This document shows positions 51,876 to 61,905 of a stretch of 64,000 nt of DNA, one piece after another. Each line of letters starts with the position of its first letter. Positions within the stretch are counted from its first letter, which is position 1. Both the position numbers and the translations under genes were made by a program. The notes beneath the pieces were generated by a model. That model did no database searches. It had not been told where the DNA came from and was given only the letters and a program-made list of their open reading frames with translations. This DNA is from a virus: the IMG/VR virus record IMGVR_UViG_3300015171_000002, positions 44,529 through 108,528 of that record, one strand, 5' to 3'.

Positions 51876-54376
51876 AATAAAGAAATAGGGCATTTCTGCC
51901 CTATTTCTATTTAAGCTGAAATTATTATTTGTTTTAGTAAATATAATCACAATATCTGAGTCCTGAGTCCGAATCTGAGTCCTGAGTCGAGTCTATATAA
52001 TATAATACAATTTCCAATTAGAATAAAAATTCTATTAGAATGGATGTTCTATAGCACATCTGTTCTAGTACCGGCCCTGACCCTCCATTATACCATTAAA
52101 CATGATTAGTTGTCAATGGGTTTTGGTTAGATTCTTCTAACTTTAAGGTTAGAGTTTTCTAACCAGAATCTATTGACAAAACGGTTTTTTAAGGATTGTA
52201 AAATTTTGCGCCTGCCAGCCGCGCCGGGTGAAAGTTAGAAGATTCTAACTTGACAAATCAGATTATAACGCGACTCAAACCTAAAATATTTTACAATCCT
52301 TAAGTTTTGGAAATGTCAACAATTCTAACCAAACTCTCATAATTCAAGCCTGGGCTATTACGTGCTTTCGTGAAATTAGTCACAATACAGATGTCGAGCC
52401 TACTCCTGCCTTTACATAATGCTAATCCACTTAAAAGTAATTAGATGCCTAACAAATACGCATGTTCTATACTGGTATGATGCCTTGTACTATTTTCACG
52501 AAGCCGAATAACCTTGTTTTATAGGCTATTTTTGCCCTATTGCGCGGCATTCTAGAATGCCTTATATTGTTGCTATGGGACAGAACAACCCAACGAAGGA
52601 CAGAGACATACGCGGCGCGATGTTTTCTGACAAAAAATCCGGCCTTTTCTCCCATTTTTCGGCCCATAGACTCGGCGTTCTATCAAAACGCTAATTTGGC
52701 CCGTGGCCGACCCGATAATGGCGTTGGAAATTGACCCGATTTTTTGATTTTAGGTTGTAATTTTCGGGCGTTATCTCTGCCCGTTATGGCGCAATTCCAC
52801 TATAACGAAATGAGGATATTGTGAACGAATCAATTTGGAAATTAGCAGACGGGTTTAATCATGGGATGGAAATTGAGTATCAAGAGGGCGCAATAGCATA
52901 TGAGTCAACGGATGACGGAATTGTGCTTGACACACGGCGCGCATCTCTCAATAGGGCGCACAAAAACGGCAATCAGCGTTTTTTCTCTGAATTCTGGCAA
53001 TCACGCGGAATTCAGATAGAGGATATATGCGCCTTACAATTTTGTCGGTTTTTGGTGGGGGGCGAAATTGAAGTTTGTGGGCGTGATATTTTCTTGCGAA
53101 AATATGAAATTGACCCGGCGACTATCTGGGCGTTGGTTGCCAATAGTCGCAATTCTGATTATTTTGTGGTCGCAGAGTCAGATTGTGGCAAGTTGACGTG
53201 TTGGAAAACTGAAACGGGCAAACGCACTAATGGAGGCCACGCAAAGCGGAAAGTAACAGAAGCAAAGAAGTATAAGCGGAATCGCCGCCCGCTGTATTAG
53301 GTTATAGACTGTTAGCAGACAGAATTGATTAATCTCAATTCTGTCTGCAATAGAGTCTAAAACTTGAGACTCTCACCTATCGTAAAGGAAAATTGAAATG
53401 TCAGATGTGAAGCCTACCATGCTAGAAGTAGCAAAATTCAGCGCCATAAAAAACGCTGAATCGAACGCACGTAACATGCTAGCCAATATGGCTGAATTGT
53501 TGGATTGTCCACTATCCGATAGTGACAAGGAAGCCGTAAAGGAATTACGCGCCTTGTTTTATCATCTAACTGATGCCGGATATCAGTTAGACAAGAAAAT
53601 CGGAATCAAGCATTAAACCGCGCCGCGCTATACCATTAGACTGTTGAAGGGATAATGACGAAATGACTCAGTTAATCGCAAGTCTCACCGTCAATGATTC
53701 AGTTAATACATTTTTGTTTTTGCGAGATTCTGAAGAGCTTCCAGAATTTCGAGTTTACATCGACCCCGATTTTGTTACGACAACACTTGTAATAAATACG
53801 GGCCATTTTTCGTTGAGGATATTTTCTCAATTTCGTGATTTAACCGCTCAGGGTGAATCGAAAATCAAACTCAAGGAAGATGATTGGTATAGTTTCTATG
53901 CGGTATATGACGAATTGATTATCATGGCACAAGGGCCACGAAGCCGCGCATGGTCTTTTGAGACTATGATAAACGAAATGAAGAAAATAGAATCAATCGA
54001 TCCCATATTTGAGACATTGAGGAAAATGATTCAATCATATGCGAAAGCGTATGATGTATGGGCGCATGATATGGGTGAAGAGATTAACCTATGGGAGTCA
54101 GAATATAAAGACTAGTAATATGTATAACAGTTTGATTGTGTTCTGTTGAAAAACACAATAGTTGTTATTCGCTGCTTCATCTATCTTAAAGGAAAAATAA
54201 AATGCTTGCAATGCTTCTGCTGGTACTGGCCGCAATTGTGATAATGATAATGGTATCATGCGCCATTATTAAGTTGTTTGTTACGCATGATAATAACGGG
54301 TTGGTTGGATACCATGATAACTATCGTGGTATTGTGACGTATACTCAAAACGGAAAGATGCGAAAATAACCTTAAC

Positions 54377-54419
54377 AAAAAAAACGCTGACGCTCACAAT
54401 AGGTCGGCGTTTTTTTTAT
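54377..54419 (+). terminator. Terminator ending the plus-strand early block
   Basis: AAAAACGCTGAC/GTCGGCGTTTTT; A- and T-runs on both sides suggest it is bidirectional. Confidence 0.75.
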
Positions 54420-54628
54420 CTTAATAGATAGTGTATGATATACACTAATGTCATGAGATAATATAATAGTTGCATCCGCTTAACTATTAAGCGGGGTTAA
54501 TTATTATTAAATCTAATGAATCTGAGTCGGGGAGATGTTTTGTGTAGAAAATACACTAAATAACTCGGTCGAATTTTGACTTGACATAACGGGGCATTTT
54601 CTTAGCATGGTGTTTTCGAGTTGAGACA

Positions 54629-54831
54629 AAAAATAAAGATAGTTTACAATAGTAAACGTCGTGTCCATGCGATGCGTCCATGTGTTCACGAGCGTCTAAT
54701 TGCGTCAAGAAGTAGTATTATAATACTACTAATACTGCTAAAAATACTAATAATAAATACAAGTCAACTTGTATTGAATAATATAAAATTTTAGATTATT
54801 TCCAAAAATAAAGATAGTTTACAATAGTAAA
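54629..54831 (+). repeat. 28-bp direct repeat flanking two palindromes
   Basis: AAAAATAAAGATAGTTTACAATAGTAAA at 54629 and 54804; palindrome AGTAGTATTATAATACTACT at 54711-54730. Confidence 0.85.
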
Positions 54832-55288
54832 TGTTATTTTAAGGGAATGATTTATTTATCTTATTTATACATCGAATAGCATAGATACCAAAGATTGTAA
54901 ACCCTATCAATCCTACGATATCTATCCAGAATAATATATCTGCTATCAGTTCTAGTCCCTGTTTTAGTTCCATGTTTTTCCTTTTATATTATCTCGGTCG
55001 AATAAATAGACCGGTTAGGAGTCCCATGATAAGCCCTACAATGGCTACTCCTATCAGTTTTATTATCGTCAGTAAGAAATCATCTTCTCGCATTATGCTT
55101 CGCTCTCGGCCAAAAAATCAAATAACCAAAATATCACTTTTGTATACCAAATAACGTTATCTATCCAGTAGAGCCGCAATAAATATAAAGAAACTACCGC
55201 ATAATAATCCCACTACTACGCCTATCCAAAACATTTCCATTTTTTATACGTCCTTTTATGATATGAAATCTTCCCCCCACTATCTTTT

Positions 55289-56953
55289 TTAATAGGGATC
55301 ATTTTCATCATCATCTCTAATATCTTGTAAAAATTTAATAAGTTCGGGTATTTCTTTTAAATAAATATATATAAAATGATCTGTGTTATATTTTCGAGTT
55401 AGAGAAATACCGGGATAATTTTCATTTAGTTCAGCTAAATAATTACCATCTTCACTAAATACTTTTCTACTTTCTAGTATCATTCGTCTATCTCCTCATC
55501 CCAATTTTCCCACGGTGTAGGAAAATTACCATAATCTATTAAGTTATTATCATAACTTTTGGCAAATAGACGTTTTAGGGTATCATAATCCTGTTCAAAT
55601 ATTTCAGTTACTTTATAATTACTTAATAAATCATCGGCATCCATATATTCGTTTTCTTCGTTTGTGCCGAAATGAGCGTCAAAACCACCACCATAATTCT
55701 TTACTCTAGTAACAATTCTTTGCCAAACTTCTTTATCATAAACGTGAAAACCGTCTATATCCATTTCATCGGCCCAATCATCATTAAATTTTACTAAAAA
55801 ATATGACATTAGAAACCTATTAATTCTTTCTGGTTAAAACTATAATTCTGTTCATTGAAAATTGCCCAATATCTATGACTGTTTATTCCATAAAAGTTCC
55901 ATTGAATATCATTTACCGTTACTATCGTTCCTTGTGGAAGTTCTGGATATTTATTCTTAACCACTATTGCGTTTTTATTTAGTTCTGGTTTAACTTTAAA
56001 TAGATTAAACATTTTATTATTCCTTTAATATCAGAAATATTATTACCAATATACCTGAATAAGATAATTACCTTCTGGTAGGTTATGATTATTTACCATA
56101 TCCTGTAGAAGTCCGCGTAACATCCAGTTATCAAATTTCTTTATTCCTAACCAGCTAATAACCCGTTCTCGGTTATATTCTTCATTTATTTCTAGTTCAT
56201 AGGATAGATTAGACCCATTACCTAATTCCTCACTGGCAACAATATCATAATGCTGACCATAAATCTTTTCTATAATATCTTCCATCTCTAAATAAGTATA
56301 AACATTGTAAGTTCGGGTTTCCATTTTATTCTCCACTATTCTTTACTTGGCTATCTGGTAAACAACTTAATGCGCGGGATTGATAACCGACAATATACCA
56401 ACATGAAACTTTATGCATATCATCGTGATAAAATGCAATATTACCACTAAAATCCATCTTCGAAGGAACTGGCGATGCACAACCGGCAACAAACAATAAA
56501 CCGACTAGAATTAATTTTTTCATATTGTTATATCTACAAATTCATAATTACGAGTAAAAATAGTATTTATACGAGTTGTTATCAATGGTAGTTTTCTATG
56601 TGGCTGAAATACTAATGTATTATTATTAGCTGCCAGTTGACTCAATAGTTCCTCCATAAAAGTATCTTCTTTTTCTAAATAACTATCAGGTATATTTAAT
56701 TCAACTGCGATTAGTTTTTTCATCTATTCTCCTCTGCAAATTTTATTAGTTCTCGGAATTTCAAATAATCATCTGCACGCATAAATATATTAATACTATC
56801 TTTACCCGATGGATTTGAAAAGAATATAACATGAGTTAGATTACCCTGATTATAAAACATTTCAAAAACATAAGGATTATCCTCATATCGGTGCTGTTCT
56901 AGTTTACTTTTCTCCATATTATCCTTTCTGATAAAAAATTCTGCCCCTAACAC
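55289..56953 (-). other. Minus-strand operon of small hypothetical genes, including a lipoprotein-like ORF at 56326-56523
   Basis: Consecutive coupled ORFs; promoter at about 56950-57000; LFVAGC lipobox-like sequence. Confidence 0.65.
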
Positions 56954-57011
56954 TTATTATAGTGCGGAGCAGAAAAATGTAAATGGTACTTTGGTACTAT
57001 ATATTTAAGAT

Positions 57012-58700
57012 TTATCCTATTTCACATTTAGAAAATTCACATTTTGAACAATGTTTACAACCAGATTCATCTATTAAATTGGAACTGCATAATGGACATT
57101 TTTCAGTAGATTTATTAGTAATCGGGGATAAAACTTCTAATTGTCGGCTTCCATTTCTATAAATAGTTATACCCTTAATATATTCACTATTCCATGCATA
57201 TAAATATGCGTCTCTCACATCGTCTTTTGTAGAATTATTTGGCATATTAATAGTTTTACTAACACCACTATCAATATATTTTTGGGCTGTATTCTGAGTA
57301 TCAATATGCTCTTTCCAAGTTACTTCTTTACAATTACCATTTGTTACAGCACAACGAAAATAAGATTCTTGATAATGAGAATTAAAGAATTCATATTCAC
57401 CTGTTTTATCTTTTCTATGAATAGTTTCTGAAAAAACAGGCTCAATACTACTGTTACAACCTGCCAATAAAGATATACTGCCTGTTGGAGCAATAGATAG
57501 AACGGTAATATTTCTTCTGGGCGTAGGTAATTTTCTACATTCTACTGGAAATCCCTTTATTTTTCCGATATTTTCCGATTCATTATAACCAATTTTTTCC
57601 ATAAATTCCAATATATCAGAAAGTTCATTTAGAGATTCAACCGATCCATAGGCCATCTTTTTCTCTAATAAATAATCTGCATATCCCATTATTCCTAACC
57701 CAATAGGTCGATTATTTTTAGCCCATTCAGTTATATCATCTGTTGGATAAGTGTTTCTATCAATTAAATCGTCTAAAAATCTGACAGATAATCGGATAGA
57801 TTTTTCAAATAATTCCCAATTAAACTCTTTATCCTGATCTAAAAATTTAGATAAATCTAAACTTCCTAAATTACAAACACCGTTGGCTGGAAGGGGTTGC
57901 TCACCACAGGGATTCGTAGCAAATATTTCTTGATTAGTATATTTATAGGGGCCACTGTTTATTCTTTCCTGAAATAATAATCCAGGCTCCCCATTTTTCC
58001 AGGCTCCATCTACAATCATATCGAATATTTCTCTGGCATTATATTCATAATATTTTTGATCATTAAATTCAGTCCAATAATTCTCGTTATTTATAACTTT
58101 TCTCATAAAAGAATCATCGACTACCACGGAAATATTAGTTGTATGCATGACACCCTCAATAGTTTTAGCATTAATAAACTTTATAATATCGGGGTGATAA
58201 ACTGTCATAGTTCCCATCATTGCCATTTCCCGAAAACCGCCCTGAGTTAATACTTTCATATCATGGCAAATAGTATCATAAAATCTAATCGGGCCTCCGG
58301 CATGACCATGAGTAGAACCATTTACGATATCATTTTCCGGTCTAACTTTAGATAAAGTAGTACCACAGCCTCCACCTTTTTTAGCAATTAAAGCAAAATC
58401 TAATTTTGTTTTATAAATACCAAGAATAGTATCCGGCATATCTACAACAAAACATGCTGATAATCCCATATTATTTCTACCCGAATTAACTATAGTCGGA
58501 CTATTGGGTAAGAAATAACGATTATAAATCATATCATAGGTTTCTTTATCTCCATCAGATATGAAATCTACAATTCTCTTAGAAACTTGTTTCCACTTGG
58601 TTTCTCCATCGTGGAAATATCTTTTCTTTAGAATATTTTTTGATGGTAAATCTAATCTACGTTGGGGTGTAAAAGTTGAAAGCATAAATTCTCCGTTCAT
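57012..58700 (-). CDS. nrdJ: Class II (adenosylcobalamin-dependent) ribonucleotide reductase
   Basis: FLPNSPT, LSACFV, GGGCG, NPCGEQPL, CNLGSL.L, RPIGLGIMG, IAPTGSIS, VSKTINMP, GITIYR and a C-terminal Zn ribbon; no beta subunit nearby. Confidence 0.9.
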   Translation of the reverse strand: MNGEFMLSTFTPQRRLDLPSKNILKKRYFHDGETKWKQVSKRIVDFISDGDKETYDMIYNRYFLPNSPTIVNSGRNNMGLSACFVVDMPDTILGIYKTKLDFALIAKKGGGCGTTLSKVRPENDIVNGSTHGHAGGPIRFYDTICHDMKVLTQGGFREMAMMGTMTVYHPDIIKFINAKTIEGVMHTTNISVVVDDSFMRKVINNENYWTEFNDQKYYEYNAREIFDMIVDGAWKNGEPGLLFQERINSGPYKYTNQEIFATNPCGEQPLPANGVCNLGSLDLSKFLDQDKEFNWELFEKSIRLSVRFLDDLIDRNTYPTDDITEWAKNNRPIGLGIMGYADYLLEKKMAYGSVESLNELSDILEFMEKIGYNESENIGKIKGFPVECRKLPTPRRNITVLSIAPTGSISLLAGCNSSIEPVFSETIHRKDKTGEYEFFNSHYQESYFRCAVTNGNCKEVTWKEHIDTQNTAQKYIDSGVSKTINMPNNSTKDDVRDAYLYAWNSEYIKGITIYRNGSRQLEVLSPITNKSTEKCPLCSSNLIDESGCKHCSKCEFSKCEIG

Positions 58701-59371
58701 GGGGGACTAAAAAAGCCACCCTAAAAAAATGGCGGCTTTTGTAAATTTCAAGATAGTCTACCACAAAATCAAAAATTTGTCAACTTGATAATAGGCAAAC
58801 AGTACTTACGTACTACCCGAAATTGGCACTTGACAAGTCGGTAAAAGTTTGATAGACTGTTGAAACGAAAGGAAATAAAAATGAATAAAGTAAAGGCTTA
58901 TGATTTAGATGATATAGATTTATTGGATAATATAGAAGAAATTACTGGAATGTCACAACCCGTTTTTCTTTATATTTACGAAGATGACCTACCATATTTA
59001 ATCGTTTCAACCGCAGAGATTGATTCGGATGATTTAGAAAATGTAGCCAGAGACGCTATTTCAATTCTAGAGGATGATGAAGATGACATTTACGACGATC
59101 AGACCTAAGTGCCAGGTTTGGTATTTCAAGCAAAATGATAAACAGAGTCATGAAGATTTCTTTTTATTAGCTTTGGAAAGCTACGAAATAAAATATGGTC
59201 TTATTCCGATTAGAATTGTATGTAATATAAAAGATATTGAATTCCTAAAAGGAAAACGTGGTGTGAGTTATAAAGGCCATAAAATCCCAATTGATACGGT
59301 TAAAAATTGTGGAATTCATAATATCCAGATGTGGCAAACTGCTAAATAATAGTATCCCCTAACTTAGCTAT

Positions 59372-59400
59372 TTGACAAAATCCAATATTTGTGGTATAAT
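59372..59400 (+). promoter_or_regulatory. terL promoter
   Basis: TTGACA-17-TATAAT with TTTGTGG extended -10. Confidence 0.8.
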
Positions 59401-59430
59401 ATGACTCCATAAGGAGTCTTTTATATTTAA

Positions 59431-60783
59431 GTGACTTACATAACTTTATTACCCAAACAAAAAGCGGGTATGGAAAGTGCCAAAGCCGAAATTATTTTAT
59501 CAGGAGCTTTCGGTAGTGGAAAAAGTCGGTGGTTATGTTATAAAATTGTTTATTTACTAAATAAATATCCCCGAAATAGAGGTTTTCTATGTAGAAAAAC
59601 CTTACAATCCCTAAAATCTACTACGCTCAAAACCCTTTTAGATGGTGATGGTAGCCAACCCGCAGTTCTCCCAAAAGAATATATCGCTTCTCATAATAAA
59701 CAAGATCGTGTCATTACCTTGAAAAATGGTAGTGAATTGTGGTACGGAAACATGGATAAAGAATTTATTAAATCCATGAATTTAGGATTTGCCGCAGTAG
59801 ATGAGCTTTCTGAATTAACAGAAGAAGATTGGAATTTCCTGAGTGGTCGTCTGAGACTGGCAGGTATTCCAGTTCGTCAATTAATAGCCGCAACAAACCC
59901 CGCAAGTGAACAACATTGGATTTGGCATAGAGCCAATGTAGCCCCTCCCAAAGATAATAAAGGTCAGATAAAGATTGACTTTTTTACATCATCCACATTA
60001 GAAAATAAATTCCTACCAACAGAATATATTGAAAATCTAAAAAGTATTCTATTTGGATTTTATTATGATAGATATGTTTTAGGTAAATGGGTAGGTAGTG
60101 ATGAAGTCGTTTATGATAATTTTACTCAGAAAAAACATGTTATTCCAGATTTTCGAATCCCTAAACACTGGAAAAGATATAGAGCTTTCGACTTTGGATA
60201 CCGCGCCCCATTCTTTTGTGGTTGGTTTGCCGTAGCCGGTAATGATGCAGATGAATTTGGATATAATAAAGATGATTTGTTTCTTTATCGAGAAATGTAT
60301 TATACTCAAAGAACAGCCGGTGTCAATGCAGAAAGAGTTATAGAATTCTCTAAATATTACGATGGTAGTCCAGAAAAGTATGTTTGGAGTGTATCAGATT
60401 GGGATAGTGGAGATAGAGCCGATTTAGAATCGAAGGGTATTTTTACTCAACCGGCTAATAAAGATATTACTTTTGGTATTCAAAAAGTAAGAGAACGTCT
60501 TGGAAATGATGATCCAACTAAGGGTAAAATAATTCCACCTCGATTTTTTATATTTGAAAATGCTCTTGTAGACCCCGATATTAAAATTAGATTAAATTTA
60601 GAATCGGGTGATAAGAATAATAATCCGATGAGAGCAGCAGAAGAATTTCAAGTTTATAGTTGGAAAGCAAATAAAGAAGAACCAATGGACGAATATAATC
60701 ATGCTCTGGATGGTATTCGTTATGCAATTATGCAATTAGATGGTGCTTTTACATGGGCAGATGTACCATTTTTAGCGGTGTAG
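59431..60783 (+). CDS. terL: Terminase large subunit
   Basis: SGAFGSGKS Walker A, VDELSE Walker B, ATNP, FDFGY, D..NHALDGIRY nuclease motif. Confidence 0.95.
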   Translation: MTYITLLPKQKAGMESAKAEIILSGAFGSGKSRWLCYKIVYLLNKYPRNRGFLCRKTLQSLKSTTLKTLLDGDGSQPAVLPKEYIASHNKQDRVITLKNGSELWYGNMDKEFIKSMNLGFAAVDELSELTEEDWNFLSGRLRLAGIPVRQLIAATNPASEQHWIWHRANVAPPKDNKGQIKIDFFTSSTLENKFLPTEYIENLKSILFGFYYDRYVLGKWVGSDEVVYDNFTQKKHVIPDFRIPKHWKRYRAFDFGYRAPFFCGWFAVAGNDADEFGYNKDDLFLYREMYYTQRTAGVNAERVIEFSKYYDGSPEKYVWSVSDWDSGDRADLESKGIFTQPANKDITFGIQKVRERLGNDDPTKGKIIPPRFFIFENALVDPDIKIRLNLESGDKNNNPMRAAEEFQVYSWKANKEEPMDEYNHALDGIRYAIMQLDGAFTWADVPFLAV

Positions 60784-60792
60784 GAAATAAAT

Positions 60793-61224
60793 ATGAAAAT
60801 AGTAAAAACAGGTGAAACAAACAAATCGAAAGAATTAATGACCGTTGAAAGTTTATATACTTTACGTTATTTTTCCATTGTAGAAATACTGATGGGATTA
60901 TGGTTATTATTTCCTTATTTTGTATTTGCAAATATTATAACTATTGCAGAAAAATATCTATCTTTAAATATTTTTAGTATAATTTTAATAAGTGGAGGGG
61001 TAATAAATCTATTATTTCCAAAGCATTTTAAATTATATATATTATTTGTTTCAATTCCCTTTATGTTACTGGGGGTTATTTTCTTTCAAGTTGGACTTCT
61101 AACTAATAATCTATCGCCGGGAACTATCCTATTATTTTCTATGGGAATCTATAGCAGTATTCATGCTGGTATAGTTTTCAATAGAAGAGGACATTGGTTT
61201 CCCTGGCCGGGCGATAAAAAATGA
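60793..61224 (+). CDS. Four-TM membrane protein
   Basis: Hydrophobic helices; located between terL and the portal gene. Confidence 0.65.
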   Translation: MKIVKTGETNKSKELMTVESLYTLRYFSIVEILMGLWLLFPYFVFANIITIAEKYLSLNIFSIILISGGVINLLFPKHFKLYILFVSIPFMLLGVIFFQVGLLTNNLSPGTILLFSMGIYSSIHAGIVFNRRGHWFPWPGDKK

Positions 61225-61709
61225 ATGAATTAAAGACATTTTTAGAAAATAATATAATTGGTATTTTGACAATATTTATTGCACCTCTCCTAGCGTGGTT
61301 TTTTAATAGACGTAAAGATAAGGCTGAAATAGATAATAAAGATGCTAATTCCACCAGTATTATAGCTACAAGTTCAAGTAATTTGGCCTTGTCATGGGAA
61401 ACTTTTGCTAGAGAAATGCGTCTAGAATATTCCGAATGTGTAACTAAAACTAATATTCTAGAACAAAAGATAGATATGGTAACTAATAGAAATAATGAAT
61501 TAGAACTAAAATTTAGAGAAACACAATATTTAAATAAGAATCTAAAAGATTATACAGAAAAATTAGTAGGGTTTGTTGAAGATTTACTTGTACAAATAGA
61601 AGTTATATCACATGATCTTGCACAAGTAAATAAAGAAAAATTGATTAGAATAAAAAATCAATTTGAAAATGAATCAGTAGTTCCGAAGGAATTAGATCAT
61701 AATGGATAG
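61221..61709 (+). CDS. Single-TM coiled-coil protein (holin-like is possible)
   Basis: N-terminal TM segment followed by RRKDKAE and a coiled coil. Confidence 0.55.
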   Translation: MNELKTFLENNIIGILTIFIAPLLAWFFNRRKDKAEIDNKDANSTSIIATSSSNLALSWETFAREMRLEYSECVTKTNILEQKIDMVTNRNNELELKFRETQYLNKNLKDYTEKLVGFVEDLLVQIEVISHDLAQVNKEKLIRIKNQFENESVVPKELDHNG

Positions 61710-61905
61710 AAAACTTTATTTACAAGAATATAATAAGAAATATAGAGAAGAACATAAAGATTATTTTAAGAAAAAATATGATTTATGGTATTCGGAAAAT
61801 AAAGATTCTTCGAGTCTTCGTAATAAAGAGTGGAGATTACACAACAGTAATTTACAGCCTTTATCTTGTCATGAAAATAGAAGTAAACAGGATAAGGTGA
61901 TTTAA
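61702..61905 (+). pseudogene. Probable N-terminal remnant of an HNH homing endonuclease
   Basis: YNKKYREEHKDY...WYSENKD basic/aromatic repeats with no nuclease core. Confidence 0.4.

Noticed and set aside
43900-52400. CRISPR array or mini-array among the many repeats
   Set aside because: The repeats are short, degenerate and irregularly spaced, with no constant repeat-spacer period and no cas genes.
58700-58760. Cobalamin riboswitch upstream of nrdJ
   Set aside because: The leader is only about 50 nt, with one hairpin and no B12-box.
57012-60783. Introns or inteins in nrdJ, terL or recA
   Set aside because: The frames are continuous and of normal length, with no visible intein or intron signature.
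9412-60931. Many short antisense or nested ORFs in the track (for example 9412, 18240, 24787, 44978, 48639, 60079)
   Set aside because: They overlap well-supported genes on the other strand or frame and have no motifs, SD or promoter.
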